Shown here piece by piece: positions 38,312 through 46,820 of a DNA stretch of 64,000 nucleotides. The notes beneath the pieces were generated by a model, which was given only the letters and a program-made list of their open reading frames with translations, had not been told where the DNA came from and ran no database searches. Location: the NCBI GenBank assembly GCA_965250035.1, contig OZ252282.1:657395-721394 (forward strand). Direction: 5' to 3'. This stretch comes from Enterobacterales bacterium. GTDB taxonomy: Bacteria > Pseudomonadota > Gammaproteobacteria > Enterobacterales > GCA-2746155. Positions within the stretch are counted from its first letter, which is position 1; each line of letters opens with the position of its first letter. A program made the position numbers and the translations under genes.

Positions 38312-38638
38312 ATGTCCGCAAAATCAGCTGTTATTTGTCATACGAGAGTTAATATGCTTAATGAAATAATTCAGAGATTACAATCACTAGATAGCGAATC
38401 TACGAATGGTGGAATATCAAATCATTATTTCGAAGTATCGAATAATGACGTCGAAACAGTTATTTCTGCAAATCGAGAGGGATTAATTTGGTTTGCTTTA
38501 GAAGCATTAAAACTGGCAGAAAATTCTGTAGAAGGTGCTCACTTACACATAGATGAGTATGGAATAGCTGATAAAGTGGATAAAGGATTAGTGTTATCTT
38601 TTAAGAATGCAAACTGGTCTGGTGCAAATGACATATAA
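38312..38638 (+). CDS. small hypothetical cassette ORF
   Basis: 108 aa, with an alternative start at MLNEII (38354). I have a vague memory of similarity to small polymorphic-toxin immunity proteins (…GAHLHIDE…). This is unverified. Confidence 0.45.
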   Translation: MSAKSAVICHTRVNMLNEIIQRLQSLDSESTNGGISNHYFEVSNNDVETVISANREGLIWFALEALKLAENSVEGAHLHIDEYGIADKVDKGLVLSFKNANWSGANDI

Positions 38639-38734
38639 CAAGACGTATCATCGGACACATTTTTGTGTGTCACGGTTTTTGAGAACAAAAACAGCGTCAC
38701 ACTGCGATGTGCCGTTGTACTAGGCGTTACAAAG
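38633..38734 (+). repeat. attC-like imperfect palindromic element
   Basis: It starts ATATAAC, overlapping the stop codon, and ends GGCGTTACAAAG. The centre, TGTCACGGTTTTTGAGAACAAAAACAGCGTCACA, folds as a bulged hairpin. Confidence 0.55.
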
Positions 38735-38918
38735 TTTCCTTTCTTGGTTAAGGATAGGGCCAATCGTGAATGGACATTGTAGACAGGATCCCAGAGTAAT
38801 AGCAAAGTCATTTTAGAATGCGCCGATTTTAGACAGGGAGAAAGTATGCTACCTTAAAGCGTGCTTCACGATATGGAATCAAGCTTCGCAATCGGTTCTT
38901 CACGCATTTAAGGGAGGA

Positions 38919-39036
38919 GGCATGAACCACTAGAATCGTACACTCAGCCGAATACCCTTGCGGCGCATAGGGACAAATCTGTGTAATCAGTCGTCTCTGC
39001 AGACAACAAGTTGGCTGCTGTTCTCAAGCGTTATAT
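38919..39036 (+). repeat. attC-like element of a different sequence type
   Basis: GCATGAAC on the left and AAGCGTTATATGC on the right are inverted repeats. The element ends 4 nt before the next ORF start. The interval 38735-38918 has no convincing ORF. Confidence 0.4.
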
Positions 39037-39039
39037 GCT

Positions 39040-39510
39040 ATGAACTTCTCCATCGTACTACTATCTATTGGAATACTATCTGGACTTTCAGATGCTTACC
39101 GTGATCTTGAGAAAGAATGTATTTCAGATAAAGTCCCCGAGAATTTAATCGAGCTAAAAACTGATTGGTATTCCATTTCAAGTAGACTTAAACGAAGTGC
39201 AGAATCTTTAGGAGGTAGCGCAAAAATATATTCATTCGATAAAGGGATATTTATAAAGCCATCAGCGATGTTTGCTCGCAATCTTATGATTCCTTCTGAT
39301 GAAATAGCAGGTTGTACTATGACGTGTTTTGGTACCTGTGATCAGCACGAGAATTTATTAATACCGAAAACAGGGGCAGACATAAGGATTCAAAGGACTG
39401 ATGAAATAATTGACTGGTGTTGGGAGAACAAAAAGCGATGTACTCTGGACATACAAAACGACAGTGGCTGTACAAAAACTACGAACTTCCAGCGAGAGAA
39501 GAATTTGTAG
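39040..39510 (+). CDS. hypothetical secreted protein (cassette ORF)
   Basis: 156 aa with signal MNFSIVLLSIGILSGLSDA. Confidence 0.5.
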   Translation: MNFSIVLLSIGILSGLSDAYRDLEKECISDKVPENLIELKTDWYSISSRLKRSAESLGGSAKIYSFDKGIFIKPSAMFARNLMIPSDEIAGCTMTCFGTCDQHENLLIPKTGADIRIQRTDEIIDWCWENKKRCTLDIQNDSGCTKTTNFQREKNL

Positions 39511-39583
39511 AAATATTGAGTGACAGAAAAAAATATGATGAACAACTCAAGCAAAGTTGTCTTGGATACTGAGCATATCACAA

Positions 39584-39677
39584 GGCGCTTAACCAGATAC
39601 TTATTAGGCTGTCATGGTTTTTGTTAATAAAAACATCGCCAACCGGCACGTTGCTGGCTAGCTGAGCGTTATGTGCC
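39584..39677 (+). repeat. attC-like imperfect palindromic element
   Basis: GGCGCTTAAC on the left and GTTATGTGCC on the right (8 of 10 complementary). The centre, GGCTGTCATGGTTTTTGTTAATAAAAACATCGCCAACC, is a hairpin with an unpaired G. Confidence 0.6.
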
Positions 39678-39695
39678 TTTAAGATCATTTAAGAA

Positions 39696-40415
39696 ATGAA
39701 CATTCTAGAAACAAAAACATATGAAGAAATAATGAGTGAAGAAATTCAGCTTGAGCTTAAGAAAAATCTTTCTTATAAAAAGTTGATTTCAAAAGAATCA
39801 CTTAAATTGATGTATGAAGCTGTACCTCACCTTGGTTTCATGATTTCAATTATTCTTGTACTTTTTTGGCTGCTTTTAAACTGGATAATCGGATCTTTTA
39901 CTAGCTTTGATTTTGGCTGGAATAGCAAATATGGTACTTTCATTTCCATATCGATAGTCATTTTTTCATTTACATATGCACTATTCGAAATTGCAAGATG
40001 TGAACTCCCTCTATCAATTATTCGCAAGAACTTGAAGCTTGATCTTGCAAACAAAATAATAGAGGTAACAGAATATACAATTAAAGAGGTAAAGCTCTTT
40101 GAGGAGCCAGAGCATAGTGGTTATATCTATTTCCTACTTACCTCAGACAATGAAGTTTTAGCTCTTTATGACTCCGAAAGCCAGTATTTGGCAATAAATG
40201 GAGAGAATCCTCAAAACAGCAATTTCAAACCGAAAGAAAAATTGCTTTTATCACGGGCTCCAATTTCAAAACAAATTTTCCTAGATGAATTCAAGGGTGA
40301 CTTTCTAGACATCCCAGAGCCAAAAGAATTTACCTCAAAAACAAGAGTGTGGCCTGAACACGGTACTGTATTGAATTGCAAATGGGAGAAAATTGATGCT
40401 AAATATTCCGCATAG
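39696..40415 (+). CDS. hypothetical membrane protein (cassette ORF)
   Basis: 239 aa with two hydrophobic helices near residues 45-105. Confidence 0.5.
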   Translation: MNILETKTYEEIMSEEIQLELKKNLSYKKLISKESLKLMYEAVPHLGFMISIILVLFWLLLNWIIGSFTSFDFGWNSKYGTFISISIVIFSFTYALFEIARCELPLSIIRKNLKLDLANKIIEVTEYTIKEVKLFEEPEHSGYIYFLLTSDNEVLALYDSESQYLAINGENPQNSNFKPKEKLLLSRAPISKQIFLDEFKGDFLDIPEPKEFTSKTRVWPEHGTVLNCKWEKIDAKYSA

Positions 40416-40497
40416 TTTTAACCAAAAAAACAAGCACATGATAACGCGAAGCATTACGACACGCTATGCGTGCCTATGTTTACGGCGTTACAAGACT
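40413..40497 (+). repeat. attC-like imperfect palindromic element
   Basis: TAGTTTTAAC on the left, overlapping the stop, and CGGCGTTACAAGACTA on the right. There is an internal bulged hairpin, GCACATGATAACGCG...CGCTATGCGTGC. Confidence 0.55.
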
Positions 40498-40508
40498 AAG
40501 GGAAACTA

Positions 40509-40967
40509 ATGTTCAAAAAATTACTAAAGGGAATTGGTAAGTTCCTGCTGGCTATAATAATACTAATAGCAATTTTCGCAACATATGCATTATACAAACA
40601 ATCAGAGTATTCTGAGACGGCAGTGCCATATGTTAATGAATTGATTCCTCGGATATCTACTTGGGACACAAGATTAATTCGCGCAGAATTTGTCGGTGGA
40701 TTTAGCGAGCAATTCGATGAGGCAGAATTTGAAAAAATCATTCGGTTCTTTTCGAAGCTAGGGTCTTTGAAATCACATGATGAGCCTGTTTTTCAAGGTG
40801 TCTCTTCATCAGCAACATTAGATGAAGGTGCGAACTCATTTGTCACATATACGATTGAGGCTCAATATGAGAATGGGGATGCAACTATCAAGCTAGTACT
40901 TGTTGATCATGGAGATGATTTTGAAATATATAATCTTAATATTACCTCATTGGCATTGGCTGAATAA
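40509..40967 (+). CDS. hypothetical protein with N-terminal TM helix (cassette ORF)
   Basis: 152 aa with FLLAIIILIAIFATYAL. Confidence 0.5.
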   Translation: MFKKLLKGIGKFLLAIIILIAIFATYALYKQSEYSETAVPYVNELIPRISTWDTRLIRAEFVGGFSEQFDEAEFEKIIRFFSKLGSLKSHDEPVFQGVSSSATLDEGANSFVTYTIEAQYENGDATIKLVLVDHGDDFEIYNLNITSLALAE

Positions 40968-41040
40968 TCTTGTAACAAGAAACTGTTGCCGACCATTGAA
41001 AAACGCGGCGGCAAACTTTAGACATAACTTACAACACTAA
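40968..41040 (+). repeat. degenerate attC-like element
   Basis: CTTGTAAC on the left. The right end, CTTACAACACTAA, is homologous to GTTACAAGACTAA of the previous element but has GTT changed to CTT. Hairpin GTTGCCG...CGGCAAAC. Confidence 0.4.
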
Positions 41041-41050
41041 TGGAGAAATA

Positions 41051-41584
41051 ATGCACTACATCATTGGATTGATTACAGCAAATGCTGGACTAGTATGGGC
41101 ATTGAACAGCCTTCAGAATGCTGGCTTTAATATAAATTCATTAAATCCGTTCGCATGGGCTCGAAGAAGGAGATGGGAGAAAAAATTAGGTACTAAACCT
41201 ATGCATGCATTGACAGATACTATGGATGCTGCTGCTCTATTGGTCGTGTCTGTCGTACGTGAAAAAGGCGATATTGCAAGAGAAACAAAAGTCGATTTGC
41301 TTGAGTTATTCGAAAAAGAATTTGGAGTAAATAGAAGCCAATCTCTTGAATTGTTTTCATCATCTACGTATATGTTAAAAGATGTATTGAGCATGGCGCA
41401 TGAAGTAAGAAATGTATTAAAACCATCTAAAGATGAGTTCACCCCAAGCCACATTCAGAAACTTACTGAGATGTTGCAAATTGGAGCGAACCTGGAAGGT
41501 GAGCCAACAAAAGAACAAATTGCAATTCTTGAGGAAGTTGGCAAAGAATTTAATGCTCAAGCAGAGAAACCTACGAATTGGTAA
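41051..41584 (+). CDS. hypothetical protein, possibly TerB/DjlA-N-like (cassette ORF)
   Basis: 177 aa with an N-terminal hydrophobic helix and two helical halves. The family assignment is from memory only. Confidence 0.4.
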   Translation: MHYIIGLITANAGLVWALNSLQNAGFNINSLNPFAWARRRRWEKKLGTKPMHALTDTMDAAALLVVSVVREKGDIARETKVDLLELFEKEFGVNRSQSLELFSSSTYMLKDVLSMAHEVRNVLKPSKDEFTPSHIQKLTEMLQIGANLEGEPTKEQIAILEEVGKEFNAQAEKPTNW

Positions 41585-41690
41585 GTTATATCCAGTCAAT
41601 CATCGGCCAACTATGTGGTTGTCATGGTTTTGGAATAAAAAAACAACGCCAACTGGCATAATTCAGGTTAGCAGAAAGCTCGCCATAAAT
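41582..41690 (+). repeat. degenerate attC-like element of the same family as 39584-39677
   Basis: The shared core GGTTGTCATGGTTTTGGAATAAAAAAACAACGCCAACTGGCA aligns with GGCTGTCATGGTTTTTGTTAATAAAAACATCGCCAACCGGCA. The terminal AAC/GTT triplets are not conserved. Confidence 0.45.
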
Positions 41691-41707
41691 TTAATAATAG
41701 AGGTTAT

Positions 41708-42169
41708 ATGAATCAAATATTCAAAATTTCACTCGGATTAGTTGTGTTAATTTCTTTCAATACTATCCGCTCTGAGGAGTGTGCCGAAGAGTGCCAGTTG
41801 CAACAGGTCCAATCTTATTTTTCAGCACTCGATAAAGTAGCTAAAAAGGGATCAACTGCATCAGACATTGAAGCACTTCTGGCTTTAACACACGATAGTG
41901 TTAGGTATATTCATGTTCAGTACGAAGCCGATTTTACCAAAGATACATGGCGAGAAGCATTTCTGAGAAACCTTGAGTTAGGTCGTTATCAAAAAACTGA
42001 AAAGAATCAAATACGAATACTTAATTCTATTTCGGGTAAAGATCACATTGCGATTGAATATTCTCATGGAGAAATCAATAGTGATGGGAAATGGGAGAAA
42101 ACTGACAACTATCTAGCATTATTTGGATTCACCGATGGGAAAATATCGCTAATAAAAGAGTTATGGTAG
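41708..42169 (+). CDS. NTF2/SnoaL-like fold protein with signal peptide (tentative)
   Basis: 153 aa. The overall pattern resembles nuclear-transport-factor-2-family proteins. Confidence 0.45.
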   Translation: MNQIFKISLGLVVLISFNTIRSEECAEECQLQQVQSYFSALDKVAKKGSTASDIEALLALTHDSVRYIHVQYEADFTKDTWREAFLRNLELGRYQKTEKNQIRILNSISGKDHIAIEYSHGEINSDGKWEKTDNYLALFGFTDGKISLIKELW

Positions 42170-42480
42170 TTGTGCCTAATCCAGATAAATTTGAACATAT
42201 TCGATTAGCGCAGGAAAGTGCTTATAAATTGCGGCCATGGAGTAAAGAACTCTTCTTTCTTCTTGCAAGCTTTGCGCTCGGCTTTATTCATTACAGCCTT
42301 GGCGTAGTATGTTTGTTTTTTGCGATTTATTACTCGGTCAAACAAATTAGTAGCGTTGCGCACATACCCTGTCCAATTTGTGAAGCACCATTTGGTAGTG
42401 GCAGTAAATTCACGCTATCGCCAGGTGGTGATAAATGTCAAAATTGTGGGACCACGTTTAAACAAAATGAAACAGAATGA
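42163..42480 (+). CDS. small membrane protein with C-terminal zinc-ribbon (CPIC...CQNC)
   Basis: 105 aa. It overlaps the previous ORF by 7 nt. Confidence 0.45.
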   Translation: MVVVPNPDKFEHIRLAQESAYKLRPWSKELFFLLASFALGFIHYSLGVVCLFFAIYYSVKQISSVAHIPCPICEAPFGSGSKFTLSPGGDKCQNCGTTFKQNETE

Positions 42481-42537
42481 AATGTCTGTCTTAACGATAT
42501 TCGTTTCGAGACTATAGAACTATAAAAGGAGAAGTTC

Positions 42538-43035
42538 ATGAGAGTACTATTATTTATTATCCTGGGTCTGTTTTCAGTTCAAATGATTTCAGCTGATGAA
42601 ACTAAAGAAGCCAAGGTAAAAGAATTGCTTCAGGTTATGGATTCAGATGCCATGATCGAGTCGATGTATGACCAAATGGAAATGATGCTTAAAAGTACAT
42701 CTACACAAATGGGAGTACAGCCAAATGAGAAAGAAATTTTCGACGAATACTATTCAAAGATGATGAACGTCATGAAATCTTCAATTAACTGGGAAGCTAT
42801 GGAGCCATTAATGATTGAGCTTCACAATAAGCATTACACGGAGGAAGAGATATCAGACATGCTTGAGTTCTACAAAACAGACACTGGTAGAAAAATCATC
42901 AAGAAAATGCCTGTTGTCATGCAAGAATCGATGTTGATTGGCCAATCTCTGGTACAGCAAGCGCTTCCGCAAATCCAAGCACTATCAGCTGAGCTAGCTC
43001 AAGAGTTACAAAAAGCACGGGCTAAATCTGAATAA
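42538..43035 (+). CDS. DUF2059-family periplasmic protein
   Basis: 165 aa with a signal peptide and SD AGGAGAA. YTEEEISDMLEFYKTDTGRKIIKKMPVVMQES matches the fT.eEL..l..FY.sp.GkK....P pattern I recall for DUF2059. Confidence 0.65.
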   Translation: MRVLLFIILGLFSVQMISADETKEAKVKELLQVMDSDAMIESMYDQMEMMLKSTSTQMGVQPNEKEIFDEYYSKMMNVMKSSINWEAMEPLMIELHNKHYTEEEISDMLEFYKTDTGRKIIKKMPVVMQESMLIGQSLVQQALPQIQALSAELAQELQKARAKSE

Positions 43036-43098
43036 GTATACCGACCAAGTCTTAGTCCAGAACTCGATCTTGATGCAACAACATTGTAAATCGAATGT

Positions 43099-43137
43099 GT
43101 CAAAGTTATAAGCATATGTAGGTGACGTAACTTTGAC
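43099..43137. promoter_or_regulatory. candidate operator: inverted repeat GTCAAAGTTA-N19-TAACTTTGAC
   Basis: A perfect 10-bp inverted repeat (12 of 13 when extended). It lies about 75 nt upstream of the XRE-family ORF. Confidence 0.3.
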
Positions 43138-43210
43138 GCAATACTGTCGTATACATTGAGGAAAATCTAAATGACACTAAGCCGGTGCTTATTCTCACGA
43201 GGATTTAAAA

Positions 43211-43849
43211 ATGGACATGAAGGTTGATACCAAAATATTAAAGTACGAGCGCAACCGGCGCGCCTGGAGTCAGCAGCATCTCTCTGAAGCCGCGGACTTG
43301 AGTTTGCGCACTATTCAAAGAATTGAAACGACTGGATTAGCATCACCCGAGTCAATTAAATCAATAGCCTCAGCTTTCAACGTGACGGTTGAGGAGCTAC
43401 TTGTAAAAGAACCTATGTTGAATAAATTTCCGCTCTCAGTTAAATCAATAGCTGCATCATTAGCTGCTATCTTACCAATTGCTTATTTATCGTTATCTTT
43501 GATGAACTCCAATGATTTATCTGCCGAGCCGACGATTTATACATTCATCGGGGGAGTCAGAGTGGATGAGAATTTGGGCCATCAATTTCGAATCCCTTTA
43601 AAGTCTAAACAAGTGTTTACTATACAGATAGATGATAATCATCAACTGCTATTGATAACTCCAGGAGAAAACGATGAGAACCCTGAAACTGAAATAAGGC
43701 TTTTACAACGTGAGAGGGATGCCTATGACATTCTTCATGTTGCTAGAACTAAAGGCTCCAGCAGTTTTGAAAGGTCAATATCTTATAGGGTATGCGGTGA
43801 TGACGTAACATTTTATACTCCTAAAAAAGATAAAATACCGCTTTGTTAA
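43211..43849 (+). CDS. XRE-family HTH protein with central TM segment
   Basis: 212 aa. HTH LKYERNRRAWSQQHLSEAADLSLRTIQRIETTG, then SIAASLAAILPIAYLSLSL. Confidence 0.7.
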   Translation: MDMKVDTKILKYERNRRAWSQQHLSEAADLSLRTIQRIETTGLASPESIKSIASAFNVTVEELLVKEPMLNKFPLSVKSIAASLAAILPIAYLSLSLMNSNDLSAEPTIYTFIGGVRVDENLGHQFRIPLKSKQVFTIQIDDNHQLLLITPGENDENPETEIRLLQRERDAYDILHVARTKGSSSFERSISYRVCGDDVTFYTPKKDKIPLC

Positions 43850-43934
43850 TGGGCACATATATACTGGCTGAAGGCTATCGCGCAATAAGTAAAACTTATT
43901 GGGAAGCCACAACAGATTATTAAAGCGTTATGAC
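43832..43934 (+). repeat. attC-like element
   Basis: ATACCGCTTTGTTAA on the left, inside the ORF 3' end, against the reverse complement of TTATTAAAGCGTTAT on the right. The element ends GCGTTATGAC directly before the GNAT ATG. Confidence 0.45.
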
Positions 43935-44477
43935 ATGCAGATGATGAGTGAACAACCAAACCTCAAAACAAAGCGATTATTGCTACGACCATTTTCGCTA
44001 CATGATGCATCTGATGTTCAATCACTAGCAGGAGATGCAAACGTAGCAGAAACTACTGCAAGTGTCCCACATCCGTATTTAGATGGCATTGCTGAGGAAT
44101 GGATAAATACCCATCAGCATAACTGGGATAATGGAAGCCAATGTGTGTACGCAATCACTGATATCGGTTCATCTACATTATTTGGAGCTATTTCAATAAT
44201 AGATATAAAAAATCATATTGGTGAAATTGGATACTGGATAGGCTCTCAATATTGGGGAGATGGTTATTGTAGCGAGGCATGTAATGAAATCATAAGGTTT
44301 GGTTTTGAGTGCTTATCACTGACAAAATTGCATGCTCATCATCTATCTCGAAATCCGGCCTCAGGAAAAGTATTATTAAACGCTGGGATGGTTCATAAAC
44401 GGAGTGAAGTGATAACTTTTCCTAGGAATGGAACATTAGAACAAATAGAGTATTATGAGATAGTAAAGACTAAATAA
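43935..44477 (+). CDS. GNAT-family N-acetyltransferase (RimJ/RimL-like)
   Basis: The track ORF starts at 43899 on a non-ATG codon, so I prefer the ATG at 43935 (MQMMSEQPNLKTKRLLLRPFSLHDASDV...). The sequence IGYWIGSQYWGDGY is typical. Confidence 0.75.
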   Translation: MQMMSEQPNLKTKRLLLRPFSLHDASDVQSLAGDANVAETTASVPHPYLDGIAEEWINTHQHNWDNGSQCVYAITDIGSSTLFGAISIIDIKNHIGEIGYWIGSQYWGDGYCSEACNEIIRFGFECLSLTKLHAHHLSRNPASGKVLLNAGMVHKRSEVITFPRNGTLEQIEYYEIVKTK

Positions 44478-44547
44478 TCACAAATTAAGTGTCTTCGAAA
44501 TCTCTTAGTCCGGTGGCATCCGTTAGATGTATTACGTCAGGATAATT

Positions 44548-44766
44548 ATGAAAAGTGATCACAAATCAAATATTAAGAAAATGATGGAAAGTGATAATTT
44601 GAAATGCCCTCAATGTTCCAGCATTAATCTCGATTGTCGTGAGTTAGGTATTAGAGGATCACGTTGGAAAGTCATGTTTGGACGTGAATTACTCAATAAG
44701 GATGAACTGCTCGCATATGCATGTGACGACTGTGGATTCGTTTTTCTAAGACTTAATAAAATTTAG
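44548..44766 (+). CDS. small zinc-ribbon protein
   Basis: CPQC...CDDC. I prefer the ATG at 44548 (MKSDHKS), preceded by a GTTAGAT box at 44513-44519, over the track start at 44527. Confidence 0.45.
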   Translation: MKSDHKSNIKKMMESDNLKCPQCSSINLDCRELGIRGSRWKVMFGRELLNKDELLAYACDDCGFVFLRLNKI

Positions 44767-44848
44767 TCAAGTAAAGGTATATGCCCAGAAGGTTATTTGT
44801 GCTCACAGTATTCGAAATTAACTTATAGATGTTAGGTTCCTATCTTCC

Positions 44849-45247
44849 ATGAGTATGCCTGATTACGAATCATATAGCTTAAGAGATCTTATTGATGTCT
44901 TGAACAACATAGATAGGGATAAATATCCCGATAGAGTTCAAGCTATTGAAAATATCCTGAATGATAATGAGAAATATCTAATCCTTAAAGCACAGCATGA
45001 AGAGATGCTTAAGCAGGAAGAAGCGGACGATTTTGAAGACGAAGAACCAGGCGCCGCTATCGGATTTCGGCTAATTGTTACTGCCATATTGTTGTTGTCT
45101 ACAGGCTCGCTTCATACAGATTTTGGGGCAATTTATATCGAATCTTTGGGTATGAGGATATTTATTTCTGTCCTACTATTACTTGGCTCGCTAGCGTTGA
45201 TTCTTGATGCTAATCGCAAGAATAAGGTAATTCCAAAGAGCAAATGA
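44849..45247 (+). CDS. hypothetical membrane protein
   Basis: 132 aa with two C-terminal TM helices. A GTTAGGT box lies at 44830-44836 upstream. Confidence 0.5.
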   Translation: MSMPDYESYSLRDLIDVLNNIDRDKYPDRVQAIENILNDNEKYLILKAQHEEMLKQEEADDFEDEEPGAAIGFRLIVTAILLLSTGSLHTDFGAIYIESLGMRIFISVLLLLGSLALILDANRKNKVIPKSK

Positions 45248-45352
45248 AACGAATTATGCAACATCACGTATGTGCAAATTAATAGCATAATATAGAACTA
45301 TGATCTCAATGCATAAACCACGATACGTTTATCGAACAACAAGGAAGAACAC

Positions 45353-45694
45353 ATGAAACACACTCGTTTACTATTAATCATTTCACTCATCGCACTTACC
45401 TCAGGTTACAGTGCAGATTCTAATTCTGATGGAGATGAGTCTGTGAGTGTCACTGAGGACAGTAGGACACTTAAAAAAATATCCCATTCAATGATCAAAG
45501 ATTACTTGCGTGCAGTGGGCTGTAAAAAACGCTCCACCAAGGAATTTGTGAAGCGCATCAAAGATGAGACTGAACAAACAGATGAGTATGTATCGGAACA
45601 CTGGAAACTCAAGGCGTGTGGTAAGACACGTAATATAAAGATAGACTTTCATAAAGATGGGAGTAGAGTCTTTATTGAACAATATAGACCATAA
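45353..45694 (+). CDS. hypothetical secreted protein
   Basis: 113 aa with SD AAGGAAG and signal MKHTRLLLIISLIALTSG. Confidence 0.5.
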   Translation: MKHTRLLLIISLIALTSGYSADSNSDGDESVSVTEDSRTLKKISHSMIKDYLRAVGCKKRSTKEFVKRIKDETEQTDEYVSEHWKLKACGKTRNIKIDFHKDGSRVFIEQYRP

Positions 45695-45763
45695 CCGAAA
45701 AACCATGCCGATCGTTGAGGTCGGAAACAAGCCGTGATGTCGTGAACAAATGAAGCAAATGGT

Positions 45764-46816
45764 ATGAACGAAGCATTGATAAACCTTGGGTTCGTCCCAT
45801 TCTTTGCGCAGCAGCTTTCTGATTACAGTGTCATGGATAGTCGACTCGGCCGTATTGTTTCAGTACAACGATCACTCGTCGACGTTGTTTGTAGTGATCA
45901 AAAACGAAGTGTTGAATTATCAATCCACCTTCAGCAATCTGATGCGGTCGATCGTCCCACCATTGGTGACTGGGTTATTTTGGATGAGTCGCTTGCACGT
46001 GTAGAACAGGTACTCGACAGGAAAAGCCTGTTTAAACGTATCGGTTCTGGAAACACGACACAGTTTCAACCGATCGCTGCAAACATCGACGTTGTCTTTA
46101 TCGTTACATCCTGTAATGAGGAATTCAATGAGTCTCGGCTTGAGCGTTATCTTGCATTGTGTAATGACGCTGGAGCGATGCCAGTCATTATACTCACGAA
46201 AGCTGATCTGACTGACGACACCAGTCAGTTTATAGAACGAGCCCGAACGCTTCAGTCGGCTGTCGCGGTTGAAGCTGTTAGTGCCCTGGACCCAAGCTCT
46301 TTGGATGGTGTGAGAGGCTGGATTGATAACAACGCAACCATTGCATTGGTTGGTTCTTCTGGTGTTGGAAAGTCTACTCTTGTCAATGCATTGGCAGGGG
46401 ATGAATTGGCCGCGACCGGAGCGATACGAGACGATGACAAGAAAGGCCGTCATACAACGACTCACAGAGAGCTATATCCGCTCGCCTCTGGAGGGCTTAT
46501 AATCGATGTGCCGGGTATGCGAGAGCTCAAGGTTGCCGATGTGGATGAAGCATTGGGCCATGTGTTTGGCGATATCGAAGAATTAGCCGGCGACTGCAAA
46601 TTCTCAGATTGTTCACATAGCAACGAGCCAGGATGTGCGGTACTAGCAGCCATTGAATTGGGCGAGCTGGATAGTCGTAGACTTGCCAGTTACCACAAAC
46701 TGTTGCGCGAGAATGAACATGCCGTTGCGAGTTTGGCAGAGAAACGCGCTAAAGATCGTAGTTTTGGCAAGATGGTCAAAGGTGTAATGCGCCTCAAAGA
46801 AGAAACGAGGCGCTAG
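45764..46816 (+). CDS. rsgA: ribosome small-subunit biogenesis GTPase RsgA
   Basis: 350 aa. Circularly permuted GTPase order (ILTKADL, then GSSGVGKSTLVNAL, then DVPGMRE) and a C-terminal zinc knuckle, CKFSDCSHSNEPGCAV. Confidence 0.9.
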   Translation: MNEALINLGFVPFFAQQLSDYSVMDSRLGRIVSVQRSLVDVVCSDQKRSVELSIHLQQSDAVDRPTIGDWVILDESLARVEQVLDRKSLFKRIGSGNTTQFQPIAANIDVVFIVTSCNEEFNESRLERYLALCNDAGAMPVIILTKADLTDDTSQFIERARTLQSAVAVEAVSALDPSSLDGVRGWIDNNATIALVGSSGVGKSTLVNALAGDELAATGAIRDDDKKGRHTTTHRELYPLASGGLIIDVPGMRELKVADVDEALGHVFGDIEELAGDCKFSDCSHSNEPGCAVLAAIELGELDSRRLASYHKLLRENEHAVASLAEKRAKDRSFGKMVKGVMRLKEETRR

Positions 46817-46820
46817 CGTT

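Larger units (their letters stand above)
8125..45740. mobile_element. tRNA-Ser-associated accessory region; probably a decayed composite genomic island, with no integrase or transposase seen
   Basis: It starts at the tRNA 3' end. It contains repeated tRNA 3'-end fragments and sampled lines look AT-richer than the flanks. Gene content is non-core. The right end is placed just before rsgA and is approximate. Confidence 0.6.

Noticed and set aside
44478-45352. Additional cassette boundaries at GTTAGAT (44513), GTTAGGT (44830) and GTTTATC (45325).
   Set aside because: The GTTRRRY-like boxes are well placed before ORF starts. However, I could not find convincing partner RYYYAAC boxes or hairpins, so they are not annotated as attC-like elements.
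8125-45740. Calling the accessory region an active integrative element or prophage.
   Set aside because: I could not find a tyrosine or serine recombinase, transposase, excisionase, conjugation or phage structural gene in any of the supplied frames. Only att-like scars are present.
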